A DNA stretch of 64,000 bases from Malacoraja senta (Eukaryota). The notes beneath the pieces were generated by a model. The model worked only from the letters and a program-made list of their open reading frames with translations. It was not told the DNA's origin and searched no databases. Positions 25,370-37,464 of the stretch are shown piece after piece. Each line of letters starts with the position of its first letter. Position 1 is the stretch's first letter. The stretch spans positions 1,860,001 through 1,924,000 of the forward strand of contig CM076000.1 in assembly GCA_038087875.1 (NCBI GenBank). The letters are read 5' to 3'. The translations under genes were made by a program, and so were the position numbers.

Positions 25370-26155
25370 AGAGGGGGAAGAGGGGGGGAAGGGGGGGGGG
25401 AAGGGGGGGGGGAAGGGGGGGGGGAAGGGGGGGGGGAAGGGGGGGGGAAGGGGGGGGGAAGGGGGGGGGAAGGGGGGGGGAAGGGGGGGGGGGAAGGGGG
25501 GGGGGAAGGGGGGGGGGGAAGGGGGGGGGGGGAAGGGGGGGGGGGAAGGGGGGGGGGAAGGGGGGGGGGAAGGGGGGGGGGGGAAGGGGGGGGGGGAAGG
25601 GGGGGGGGGAAGGGGGGGGGAAGGGGGGGGGAAGGGGGGGAAGGGGGGGAAGGGGGGGAAGGGGGGGAAGGGGGGGAAGGGGGGGAAGGGGGGGAAGGGG
25701 GGGAAGGGAAGGGGGGGGGGAAGGGGGGGGGAAGGGGGGGGGGAAGGGGGGGGGAAGGGGGGGGGGAAGGGGGGGGGGAAGGGGGGGGGAAGGGGGGGGG
25801 GAAGGGGGGGGGAAAGGGGGGGGGAAAGGGGGGGGGAAGGGGGGGGGAAGGGGGGGGGAAGGGGGGGGGAAGGGGGGGGGAAGGGGGGGGAAGGGGGGGG
25901 GAAGGGGGGGGAAGGGGGGGGGAAAGGGGGGGGAAAGGGGGGGGAAGGGGGGGGGAAGGGGGGGGGGAAAGGGGGGGAAAGGGGGGGGAAAGGGGGGGGA
26001 AAGGGGGGGGAAAGGGGGGGGAAAGGGGGGGAAAGGGGGGGGAAAGGGGGGGGGGAAAGGGGGGGGGAAAAGGGGGGGGAAAGGGGGGGGAAAAGGGGGG
26101 GAAAGGGGGGGAAGGGGGGGAAGGGGGGGAAGGTGGGAAGGGGGAAAGGGGGGAA
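25370..26155. repeat. Polypurine G-run satellite (G6-10 A2-3)n flanked by (GGAT)n-rich repeats
   Basis: Direct reading; about 780 bp almost only G and A. Confidence 0.95.
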
Positions 26156-26655
26156 GGAGCAGGGTAAATGGAGGGTTGGTCAGTACGGGATGAATGCGTG
26201 GATTAGTACAGGATGGATGGGGGATTAGTACAGGATGGATGGGGGATTAGTACAGGATGGATGGGGGATTAGTACAGGATGGATGGATGGATGGATGGAT
26301 GGGGGATTAGTACAGGATGGATGGATGGATGGATGGATGGGGGATCAGTACAGGATGGATGAAGGAGAAGTGCAGGATGGATGGGAAAGAGGTAAGTACA
26401 GGGTGAATTGGGGAACCAGTGTAGGATGGATGGATGGGGGGGTGGAAGGAGAATCAATGCGAGGTGGATAGGGTCATCAACGCAGGATGAATAGATTGGG
26501 GGGGGGGGTAGATGGGGGGGGGGTAGATGGGGGGGAGGGGTAGATGGGGAGAGGAGCACTGGGGATGTCAGTGAGGACTGAATAGACGCGGGAATGGGGA
26601 TCAGTGCGGGATGGAGTGGAGGGGTCCCAGGATAAGGGGGTGGAGGGGGCGTACA

Positions 26656-26686
<31 letters not shown>

Positions 26687-26858
26687 CGAGGTGGGGAGGA
26701 AGGAAGGTCAGCGCTCCTCGGACAACATCGGCCCGCTGCCTTGGCTGTTGGGAACTCCTCGCCACCGCCTACCTCCTCCGCCAGCCAACAGCAAGGTGCG
26801 GGGCCGGGCGGTGCAGCTCAAAGATCCTATAGCTATAGGATCTTTGGTGCAGCTGGGT

Positions 26859-27392
26859 CGGGTCAGGCAGCATCTCTGGAGAATAGGAACGCGACGTTTC
26901 GTGTCGGCGGCGGCTGTGCGGGGCAAAGATACTAGTGCGGGGTGAGGAAGGGTCGGAACGAATGACGGGCCCCGAACAGCGGCAGCAGCGCCCGCGACAG
27001 CGGCTCCACCGCCTCCTCCTCCCGCACCCCGCCCGCCCTGATAAGGGCCGCTGCTTGCAAATCCGCTAACGGCGATAACCGCTTTCGAAACAAACCCTCC
27101 CGCACGCCGAGGCCTCGCCCTCCCTCCCTCCTCCCGGCCTCGGCGTGCGGGAGGGTTTGTTTCTAAAGCGGTTATCGCCATTAGCGGAGTGGCATTCAGC
27201 GGCCCTTATCAGGGCGGGCGGGGTGCGGGAGGAGGAGGCGGTGAAGCCGCTGTCGCGGGCGCTGCTGCCGCTGTTCGGGGCCCGTCATTCGCTCCGACCC
27301 TTCCTCACCCCGCATCTAGTATCTTTGCCCTGCACAGCCGCCGCCGACACGAAACGTCGCGTTCCTATTATCCAGAGATGCTGCCTGACCCG
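26859..27392. repeat. Long GC-rich inverted repeat (about 255-bp arms, 21-bp spacer)
   Basis: 26859-27114 is the near-perfect reverse complement of 27136-27392. Confidence 0.95.
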
Positions 27393-27537
27393 CGGAGTTA
27401 CTCCAGTTTTTTGTGTCTATCTTCGGTACAAACCAGTATCTGGTTGCCAAGCCGGGCAAAATGACTCGGTGTTTAGGTTGCCCGGCGGCGCTTTGAGTGG
27501 TCAGTGGCACCCGGGCAACCGCTAATTTCGAGCCCTG

Positions 27538-27990
27538 TGATATTTCGGGTCAAGGCCCTTCTTCAGGCAGAGAGTCAGGGGAAAGGGGAATGAGAGATAT
27601 AGATGGCACTTCGGAGAAATGAATGGAAGATATGTAAAAAGCAATGATAATCAAGAAATATGGGGCACACAAAAGGTAATTGTTGGCCTTGGGGTAGGTG
27701 ATAACGAGTATACAGGCAGAGGTACTCAAGAGGAGGACAGTAGAACTAGTACGACGACTAGGGTGGGGGAGGGACAGGTTGACAGGGGATGTAAGGGTTA
27801 CTTGAAGTTAGAGAAATCAATTCATACTGCTGGGTTGTAAGTTGCCCAAGCAAAATATGAGATGCTGTTCCTCCAATTTACGTTTGGCCTCACTCTGACA
27901 ATTAGAGGAGGCCCAGGACAGAAAGGTCACTATGGGAATGGGAGGGGAAGTTAAAGTGTTTAGCAACCGGGAGATCGCGCAGGCCCAAGT
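27538..27990 (-). mobile_element. Penelope-like 3' fragment (other half at 24135-24245)
   Basis: ORF 27817-28008 CQSEAKRKLEEQHLIFCLG. Confidence 0.8.
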
Positions 27991-28055
27991 AGGGTTGTGG
28001 AGGTCCATTTATACCACCTTAGAAGTGATGAGTCTCCTTCTCCTTTCCGTTGAGC

Positions 28056-28362
28056 TTAGTTTAGTGAAACAGTGCGGAAACAGGCCCTTCGGCCCACCAA
28101 GTCCGCACTGACCAGTGATCCCCGCACACTAACCTACATACACTAGGGACAATTTGCATTTATACCAAGCCAATTAACCTACAAACCTGTACATCTTTGG
28201 AGTGTGGGAAGAAACCAAAGATCTCGGAGAAAACTCATGCGGTCACGGGGAGAATGTACAAACTCCGTACAGACAGCACCCGTAGTCCGGATCGAATCCA
28301 GGTCTCTGGCACTGTAAGCGCTGTAAGGCAGTAACTCCACCACTGCGCCATCGTGCTGCCCT
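28056..28362 (-). mobile_element. HE1-like V-SINE
   Basis: Full-length copy with TTAGTTTAG tail. Confidence 0.85.
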
Positions 28363-28839
28363 TTCGTCTTATATATTTTCTAGGATTTGATGAACAGGCA
28401 GGTTACTTTGCATTCATCCAATGAGTACCCAACTACATTTGTGACTAACATAAAAATTAACTTTGATGCGCTCAACATCCTATACGTTTTTCGCTTCCTT
28501 TTTGTGTGATGTGTACAATACCAGGAATATTGACAATAACCATATCCATATCCAACTGCCCTTGAGAAGGTGTGAATGAGTGCATTCAAATACAGCAAGA
28601 ACTTAACCTTGAGAAATGAGACTCAGATGCTGTAATCTAGAGCAACAAACATGGTAAGTAAAAGTTTTTAAGAAGGAACTGCAGATGCTGGTAAATCGAA
28701 GGTAGACAAAAATGCTGGAGAAACTCAGCGGGTGAGGTAGCATCTATGGAGCGAAGGAAATAGGCAACGTTTCGGGCCAAAATCCTTCTTCAGACTGATG
28801 TAAGGTGGGGGGGGGGGGGGATTCTGTAACTGCTTACAT

Positions 28840-29348
28840 TCTGGGAACTATTCGCGGCCTCCTTATGGTCGCCGCAAATTTTTCAACATGTTGGAAAATT
28901 ATCGGTGACCAGAATGAAGCCGCCATGGAGTGTAGCAAGAATTCTCGTGCCGTACGTGCGTCGCCAGGAGGTCCTAGTGGGTTGCCAGGAGGTCGAAGGT
29001 TCTTGTAGGTTGTAGCCAGTGCTGACCGGTGAATTTCATTGGCTCATTGGGAAAAAAACCCATAAGCAATAGTTTTCAGAACCAAGGATAACCGACCGGT
29101 AATGTTAAATGTCCGCCGAGCTTCACCGCCGTGTATCTCTGGCTTCTTAAAAGTTGTCTCCACTCCTTCTCCCCCCTCTTGTAAAGGACTTACCGTACAC
29201 TGTGCTTTAACCGTCTTAATTATTGCGGCAACCTTCCTGTTCATCGCGGTGTGTGTCTGTCTGTATCGCCGTTCCAGTTGCCGTTTTTTCAGGCGACTGT
29301 CAGCAACTTGACAGTCGCCTGAAAAATCGCCTAAGTGGGACAGACCCA
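28840..29348. mobile_element. PIF/Harbinger-like MITE fragment
   Basis: Ends AAGTGGGACAGACCC; shares TTTTCAACATGTTG motif with 32723 and 44647 copies. Confidence 0.6.
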
Positions 29349-29371
29349 TTACCCCTGTAAGTAATTGAAAT

Positions 29372-29655
29372 AGGGGGCGCAGAGGTAGAATTGCTGCCTT
29401 ACGGTGCCAGAGACCTGGGTTCCATTTTGACTACGGGCTCTGTCTGTACTGAATTTGTACGTTCTCCTAGTGACCACGTGGGTTTTCTCCGGGTGCTCCA
29501 GTTTTGTCCATCATCCCAAAGACGTATAGGTTTTTGTAGGTTAATTAGCTTCAGTAAAATTGTAAATTGTCTCTTGTGTGTAGAAAAGTGTTAGTGGACA
29601 GGGGGATCAGCACGGACTCGGTGGGCCGAAGGGCCTGTTTCCATGTTGTTTCTAT
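29372..29655 (+). mobile_element. HE1-like V-SINE
   Basis: GGCGCAGAGGTAGAATTGCTGCC head, GGGCCGAAGGGCCTGTTTCC tail. Confidence 0.85.
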
Positions 29656-30116
29656 AAAGTGGGACTTTGGGAAGGATGTCAAAGCCTTAGAAAAGGTGCA
29701 GAGTAGATCTATTGGGAGTATGCAAGGGATGAGGAACATGTTAAGTGGAAGGTTTGAGAAGATGTTTGGTTAGAGAAGATTATGGAGAGAGATATAAAGG
29801 CGCTGAAAGTTATGAGATGTTTTGAGAGAGCAGTTGGGGAAATTGCTTACATTTGCAGGAGAATCAGTAACCATGGGGCACAAATTGGAGCTACTTCAAA
29901 ATGTTCTTGGAAAAGTAAAGGCAGACTAAAAGCCTCAAGGAACAGATTTAAATTAATTCATTAATCCAATTTTCCCTGGTCATATTTCATATATTTGAAC
30001 CATAACAGATAATGCAGATTGTTTCCTGGAATTTCCCACATGGAGGCACACAAAACACTTATTAGCCCATAGCCTAATTCTATAAAGTCATATGGCAAAA
30101 CTTCTGGCCCTGTTTG

Positions 30117-30316
30117 NNNNNNNNNNNNNNNNNNNNNNNNNNNNNNNNNNNNNNNNNNNNNNNNNNNNNNNNNNNNNNNNNNNNNNNNNNNNNNNNNNNN
30201 NNNNNNNNNNNNNNNNNNNNNNNNNNNNNNNNNNNNNNNNNNNNNNNNNNNNNNNNNNNNNNNNNNNNNNNNNNNNNNNNNNNNNNNNNNNNNNNNNNNN
30301 NNNNNNNNNNNNNNNN
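30117..30316. other. Assembly gap (200 N)
   Basis: Run of exactly 200 N. Confidence 1.
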
Positions 30317-30570
30317 AAGCTTTTTTTTTAAATAATTCTAAATTTATTTTTGAATCTTCCCATCAAAAAAAATTGCAGCTTGCAAAGATTTCCTGATCTT
30401 TAAAACTTTGAATTCAGATGCTTTTAGGCAGGAGTTCAAAGCAACAGTGATGTTCCCAAGCTGGCCGATTAGTCAATCAAACTGAAGAATTTCACAAATG
30501 GCGTACCATGAAGGAAAAAAAAGCATAATTATTTCATGATAATTTAAACATTTTACGGAGAAAGTCTTGA

Positions 30571-31517
30571 GTGGCGGCGCCTAACGGCAGCGGCTCAACT
30601 ACAGTCGTCCGTCTTTTTTTTAATTTTTGTCTTGTTAAATGTATGTCTTGAGCTTAGTTTTTATTATTTTTTAGCTGTGTATATGTGGGGGGTGGAGGGG
30701 GGGATGTTGGGGAAACCGTTAATCTCTTCCCTGTACGGGGACCCGACTTTTTCCCTGTCGGATCTCCGATGTCGTTGGGCCTAACATTGTGGAGCCGGCA
30801 GCGGCCTCCGGCCGGGACCAATCTGAGGGCTCCAGTCGCGGAGCCTGGGACCTGACATCGCGGAGCTGGCCGACTTTGGAGCGGGGAGAGCTGTGGTAGT
30901 GCTCGGCTGCGACCCGACTTTGGAGTTTCGGAAGCTCCGGCTGCGGGCCCGGTGGACAGGAACATCGGGAGCTCCAGGTCCCTGGTGGGAGACGGCTTTT
31001 CGGAGCTCCCGCAACGGCAACTTCTCCCGCTGGAATCACGAGGTTTAAAGGACACGAAGCGAGGCCTAACATCGCCCGGCGCGGGTTAGCGACCACGGGA
31101 CTTACCATCGTCTGCCGGGGGCTCTAACATCGGAGCCCCAGTTCACCTAGACGCTGCAGTTGGACTGCGGGTTGGACTGCTTGAACCGCGGGGTTTAAAG
31201 GACACGGAGCCGGGGCCTAACATCGCCCGGCGTGGCTAAATGGCCACAGGACTTACCATCGTCCGCCGGGGGCTTTAACACCGGAGCCCCAGTTCGCCTA
31301 GACGCTGCAGTTGGACTGCTGGACCGCGGGTGAAGAATAAAGGGAAGAGATAAGACTTTGCCTTCCATCACAGTGAGGAGGTGTTGGAGACTCACTGTGA
31401 TGGATGTTTATGTAAACTGTGTTAAGTGTGGGTCTTGGTTTTTTTTGTATTGTAAAAAACTGTAGAAATTATATTTCGTTCAAGCCTAGGTTTGAATAAC
31501 AATAAATAGCATTCTAT
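30571..31517 (+). mobile_element. GC-rich non-autonomous retroposon (same family as 5016-5838)
   Basis: Possible TSD TCTTGA (30565-30570, 31518-31523); about 150-bp internal tandem duplication from 31042; AATAAA plus ATTCT tail. Confidence 0.65.
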
Positions 31518-32184
31518 TCTTGATAGCCTAAAATATTAATCTAGGCAAAATTATACTTCTCATACATAAAAATTTTAGGGTCAGCGAAGTAGCCAAGCAG
31601 TAATTATAGCTTAGCACTCTATAAAAATGTATCCCAAGTGGATTAATTATGTAACATTACACTTATGTTACATTTCTTACAACTACAGAACGCTTTTAGG
31701 ATATTCTACTGTGAGGATGGTTTGTCAATACCTGATTCCTTTGTCAATTCACTTATTTTCCATAAGAATGGTGGAGGAGATTGAAAACAGATACTAGGGC
31801 TTCCCGTGTTAAACTAATGCATGCTCAGAATCTCAACTTCGATGCAGTTTCAAAGCTGTAAATCTGACAAACGATTTCTGAAAAATCTGGGCCACTAACA
31901 CTGTGGAGGTTTATATTTATTTATATTTATATTGATTTATATTTCAGTGTAAACTCAAGAAAGTTAAATTAAATTTTCTTCTCCCAATTAAATATTGAGT
32001 ACATCCGAGTCTGTTTCTCTCATATTGTCAAGTAGATTGGGGGGGGGGGGGGGGTAGCTGGGGGGAATCTGTAGACAAAGGAAAAGATCAGTGACAGATT
32101 GAGATACAGGCAGGTACAGAATATTGTCTGGCGCACTGGAAACAGTAGGTGAAAATTGGTCTTTTTATGGTTGACAAATGGCTT

Positions 32185-32490
32185 AGTTTAGTGATATAGC
32201 ACGGAAACAGGCCCTTTGGCCTACCGAGTCTGCGCCGACCAGCGATCCCTGCACATGAACACTATCCTACACATACTAGGGACATTTTACACTTATACCA
32301 AGTATACAATTCTAAGCCAATTAACCTACAAACCTGTACGTCTTTGGAGTGTTGGAGAAAACCAAATATCTCTGAGAAAACCCACACAGTCATGGGGAGA
32401 ACGTACAAACTCCGTACAGACAGCACCCGTAGTCAGGATCGAACCCCCGTCTCTGGCGCTGCAAGGTGGCAACTCTACCGCTGCGCCACA
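32185..32490 (-). mobile_element. HE1-like V-SINE
   Basis: Same consensus as 394-688. Confidence 0.85.
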
Positions 32491-32722
32491 GACATTGGTG
32501 CTGATTCCAACAGGTTAAAAATCATCTTAATATTGGCCAAATTAATTTACTGTTCCCAAGTGTAATTTGTATAGACACTACCTGTCAATTTCTTAGTGGT
32601 TTGTTAGTGAAGTATAGGGAGCTAAAATGTAAAGTTTGAAGAAAAGTACATAATCTGAACTGTACATTTTTTGTTGAGAAAAATATATATCTACCAATTA
32701 GACAAGGAACCACAATTATATA

Positions 32723-32877
32723 AAGGGCCTGTCCCACTTACGCGATTTTTTCGGCCACTTTCCGGCACCCGTCATAGTCGCAGCAGGTCGCCGAAAATTT
32801 TCAAAATGTTGAAAATCCAGCAGCGACCAGAAAAAGCTGTGACTCTTTGGGCCACTACTCATGACCATGCAGGCGTC

Positions 32878-32880
<3 letters not shown>
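32723..32880. mobile_element. PIF/Harbinger-like MITE left end
   Basis: TAA then AGGGCCTGTCCCACTTACG, the reverse complement of the end at 44980-44997. Confidence 0.65.
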
Positions 32881-32969
<89 letters not shown>

Positions 32970-33249
32970 GAAGAGAGGAGAGAGGAGGAGAGAAGAGAGA
33001 GAAGAGAGAGGAGAGAGAGGAGAGGAGGGAGAGGGGAGAGGAGGGAGAGGAGGGAGAGAGAGAGAGAGAGAGGGAGAGAGAGAGAGGAGAGGAGGGAGAG
33101 AGAGAGGGAGAGAGAGAGGGGGAGAGAGAGAGGGGGAGAGAGCGAGGGGAGAGAGCGAGAGAGAGGGAGAGAGAGAGGGGGAGAGAGAGAGAGGGAGGAG
33201 AGAGGCAGAGAGAGAGAGGCAGAGAGAGAGGCAGGAGAGAGAGGCAGAG

Positions 33250-33289
<40 letters not shown>

Positions 33290-33418
33290 GAGAGTGAGAG
33301 AGTGAGAGAGTGAGAGAGTGAGAGAGTGAGAGAGTGAGAGAGTGAGAGAGTGAGAGAGTGAGAGAGTGAGAGAGTGAGAGAGAGAGTGAGAGTGAGAGTG
33401 AGAGTGAAGAGAGAGAGA
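32880..33418. repeat. (GA)n / (GAGAGTGA)n microsatellite
   Basis: Direct reading. Confidence 0.97.
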
Positions 33419-34139
33419 ACTAGAATATAGTTATATAAAATGCTATTCATTTGACTAAAGACATTCAGGAATTAAATTATTAAAAGTCCATGCAGACCTA
33501 CTGTAAATCACAAAAGTTAGGTGTGAATTACGATTTTGGCTAAAAAAAAAAATTCTTAGAGCTTCAGACATTTGCCAGATAGACATAACTAGCTGCTTCA
33601 GGCCACAGCAAATAACATTACATCATCAAGACAAGGAATCACCATATATCATCTTCGATTTTTTTTTGTCCTTTTAACATGCGAGAAGTTTTGTTTTGAA
33701 TTAAAAACAACAATATAGGTGAGGGAATAGGAAAAAGATCTGAACAGATCAAATAGATTGTGGCCAGTAATTTTTGTCCACCCAATCTTGGCTTAGCATT
33801 TAAGCTTTAATGCAATACAGACTACTAGAGGGAACTTGGAAGAGGGGTAAATGTTAATAATATTTACAGGACCTTGGCAACATAGAAGAACAAAGTGCCA
33901 ACAAAAATATTTGGTGAATGCTGTTCAGCTAAGAATTAAATCAAGGTAATCCTTTGATGGGAAGGGGGCGGGGGCACAGGTGCTATGGCTAGTAGACTTG
34001 ATGTTCATAATGTCAATAATTGTGAAGTAGTAATTAAAGAAGCACATTTGATAAAGACATTGAGTCAGTAACTGCAAAAAAAAAAAATGAGGCACAGGAA
34101 GACATATGCACAGACCAGACCTCAAGGATGGTGCCGAGC

Positions 34140-34388
34140 TCATCCCATCAAGTTACATGAGAGATATCCACCAACAACTAGAGAGCAGTCCTGAGCTATC
34201 TTCAACTTCATTGGAGACCCTTGGACTATCTTTGATCGGACTATACCTTGCACTAAACGTTACTCAAGCTATACCATTTATAATGTATCTGTACACAGTG
34301 GATGGCTCGATTGTAATCATGTATTATCTTTCCACTGACTGGTTAGCAAACAAAAGCTTTTCACTCTATACGTGACAATAAACTTAAG
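34140..34388 (+). mobile_element. LINE (Rex-like) 3' UTR fragment; second copy at 46640-46895
   Basis: Two similar copies ending GTGACAATAAAC. Confidence 0.6.
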
Positions 34389-35049
34389 TACAGAGTGTTT
34401 TGATTAAATGCAACCTTGATGCCCGCCAACTGAATTACAAATTTGGATAACATTGGGGCAGATTTCCAGTTTCTAAGCCTGTTAAACGCCAAGATTGTTT
34501 GTGCTTCCCGTTCTAGTTGAGTGGGATTTATTGTCATAGGTGCAAGTATGATGAGGTACAGTTGCAAAGAAAATCTTGCTTGCAATAACACCACAGACAC
34601 ATAGATGCAGAACACACAAATTCTATAAGACCGGGCAAAGAAAAAGATTGAACATCTTCTGCAGGACCGTGGGAACAGTAGGAGAAAGGTACAGCTGTAT
34701 TAAAATTCTGCAAAGGGGCCATTGGTACTGGTAGAAATGCACTGTCTTTGGTTTGTCCAAGATTTAATGACCATATATTCATGGGATCAAATTAGAATTG
34801 GCCCATCTGACACAAAAAAAAGGTTGGTTATCTGAAAATGCTGAATTCAAGTCTCAACGGCTGCAATGTTCCTAGATAGGTTTGTTCTTGAGCTTATTCT
34901 GGATTTGGTTGTAACAGTATCGGAAGTCAAGGACAGATATGCCAGAGTGCAAGTGGGGACCCTTTTGACCTCGCTCTGCCTCAGTCCCTCCAACTTCTCT
35001 TTCTTTGACGTGCTATTCCAACAAAACTCGGGGAGCAGCACCTCATCTG

Positions 35050-35875
35050 TCAAGACAAGAGTCAAGAGTGTTTTACAGCCATATGTCCCAGACAGAACAA
35101 TGAAATTCTTACTTGCAGCAGCATACCAGAATATGTAGACATTGTACTCTGCAAACAATATAATGAGAATTTTTTGAACATATACACACACATAAAAACA
35201 AACAATAATAGTGCAGGAGACAAAACCAAAGCCCCCACGTCTTTGAGTAGTTCAGAGCTTATTTGGAGGTTGTAGTGTTTAATGACCTGATTAGGGAATG
35301 ACTAGGGAAGAAACTATTCTTGAACCTGGATGTTAGTTTTCAGGCTCCTATATCTTCTTCCCTATGGCAGAAGTGAAATGAGTGTGTAGTCAGGGTGGTG
35401 TGGGTCTCTAATGATGCTGGGTGCCATTTTGAGGCAGCGATTTCTGTAAATCCCTTCGATGGTGAGGCAGTCAGAACCTGTGATGGACTGGGCAGTGTTC
35501 ACTACTTTCTGCTGTCTTCTTTGCTCCTGGGCGTTCAAGTTGCCGAACCAGGCTGTGATGCAACCAGTCAATATGCTCTCCACTGTACACCTGTAGAAGT
35601 TCATGTGAGTCCTCTCTGACATACCGAATCTCTGCAATCTTCTCAGGAAGTAGAGGCGTTGATGGCGTTTCTTTATAATTGCATCAGCGTGTTGGGTCCA
35701 GGAAAGATCTTCAGAAATGTGCACACCTAGGAATTTGAAGCTTTTGACTCTCTCCAACATTGTCCCATCGATATAGACAGGTTTATGTGTCCTCAACCTT
35801 CTTCTTCCATAGTCCACAATCAGTTCCTTGGTCTTACTGAGATTGAGAGCCAGGTTGTTGTGCTGGTACCATTGT
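35050..35875 (-). mobile_element. Rex1/Babar-like LINE 3' fragment
   Basis: ORF 35362-35817 FKFLGVHISEDLSW...QRLYFLRRL; (CTTGACT) tail. Confidence 0.85.
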
Positions 35876-36032
35876 GCAGTTCGGTTGAAGAAGTTTCCAT
35901 AGCAGCATGAGAACTCTATTCTTTAGCATTTCTTCTTTACCTAACTGCAGAAAGATATCAAGCCTTTACCTTGCTGTGAAACCTTGCTATGCACAAACTA
36001 ACCATCACGCTTCCTACGATATTACATCGTAG

Positions 36033-37052
36033 GTCGCAGTCAGAGAGTCAGAGTGGGCCATCACACATCTACGGCCCTCAGCACTGGCTCTCCACAGGGC
36101 TGCGTGCTGAGCCCCCTGCTTTACACAATCTACACATATGACTGCACCCCCGCCCACCACAGTAACACCATTGTCAAATTTGCGGATGACACCACGGTGG
36201 TGGGGCTCATCTCTGGGGGAGATGAGTACGCATACAGGGATGAGGTGGAGCAGCTGACAGGGTGGTGTGGAGAAAATAACCTGCTCCTCAACACCTCAAA
36301 GACCAAGGAGCTCATAATAGATTACAGAAAGAAGAAAACGGACATTACACCACTAATCATCAGAGGGGACTGTGTGGAGAGGGTGGTGGATTTCCGCTTC
36401 CTGGGAATTCACATTGAGGAGGACCTGACATGGAGCGTGAACACCTCTGCGCTGCTGAAAAAGGTCCAGCAGAGACTGTACTTCCTGAGGGTGCTCAGGA
36501 AGAACATCACCCAGAGACTGCTGCTATCCTTTTATCGGTGCTCAATAGAGAGCATCTTAACATACTGTGTATGCGTGTGGTACACCAGCTGCACAGCGGC
36601 TAAGAGGAAAGCGCTCCAGAGGGCTATTGACAACGCCCAGAAGATTGTCGGCTGCCCTCTCATCACCTTGGAGGACCTACACAGTTCCCACTGTCTCAAA
36701 AAATACCAGAACATCATAAAGGACATTTTCCACTCCCTGTTTGAACTGTTGCCGTCAGGCAGACGGTACAGATCAATGAGGACAAGGATAAACAGACTCA
36801 AAAACAGTTTTTATCCCACAGCAATAACTACACTTAATGTAGCCACCAAATGAGCGCAGGTGTGCTACATACCAAAGGGACTGTGAAATCGACAGAAGAA
36901 TGTTTTTTTTCATGTTATTTATTTTTGTTGTTTATTTTAGACTTTTGCTTTTAGAAAATGTGTGAATGGTGCACTGACTGGTTGGCATTTTTAATTTCGT
37001 TGTACATGTTTACATGTTATAATGACAATAAAGTATTCATTCATTCATTCAT
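36033..37052 (+). mobile_element. Rex1/Babar LINE 3' part with open RT C-terminus
   Basis: ORF 36053-36853 GSPQGCVLSP, KFADD; AATAAA plus (TTCA)n tail. Confidence 0.9.
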
Positions 37053-37211
37053 ACATTTAAATGTACTTCTTCAGCTCGGAGCAGATTTGCGACATATTAA
37101 AAGATTTAAGAAATAAGTGCAAGCACCACCTTCCTTTTAGAAGGTACATAGAAGGAAAGTTCAATACATTGTTCCAATCTGCCTGCCAGGAATGAACTGT
37201 AAAATGAAGAA

Positions 37212-37394
37212 TGTGTAGTAAAGTACTGTAGATGCTGGTTTAAATCGAAGATAGACATAAAATGCTGGAGTAGGCTCAGCGGGACAGGCAGCATCTCTGG
37301 AGAGAAGGAATGGGTGACGTTTTGGGTCGAGACCCTTCTTCAGACTTCAATCTGTCTCCTGTCCTGCTGAGTTACTCCGGCATTTTGTGTCTAT
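37212..37394. mobile_element. Short Penelope-derived retroposon
   Basis: TAAAATGAAGAA duplicated on both sides. Confidence 0.75.
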
Positions 37395-37464
37395 AAAATG
37401 AAGAAACTTTTTGTCTGCTGTGTAAAGCCTTATGTAACAACATCCTATGAAGCCATCAGGATAT

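Larger units (their letters stand above)
24246..27537. mobile_element. Non-autonomous hAT-like DNA transposon with 5-bp TSD (hAT5-like)
   Basis: TGATA|CAGGGCTC ... GAGCCCTG|TGATA; subterminal GGTTGCC/GGCAACC motifs at both ends; removal restores the Penelope repeat ATAGGTGATATTTCGGGTC. Confidence 0.8.

Noticed and set aside
25069..26228. Long glycine-rich ORFs in three frames
   Set aside because: Artefact of the G/A satellite, which has no stop codons
30117..30316. ORFs spanning the N run
   Set aside because: Scaffold gap; continuity across it is not established
32671..33450. ER-repeat and LS-repeat ORFs
   Set aside because: Translation of a (GA)n microsatellite
33925..34071. Strong minus-strand acceptor followed by a 48-codon open frame
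   Set aside because: Acceptor comes from a poly(A) run and the peptide is unrecognisable; insufficient support
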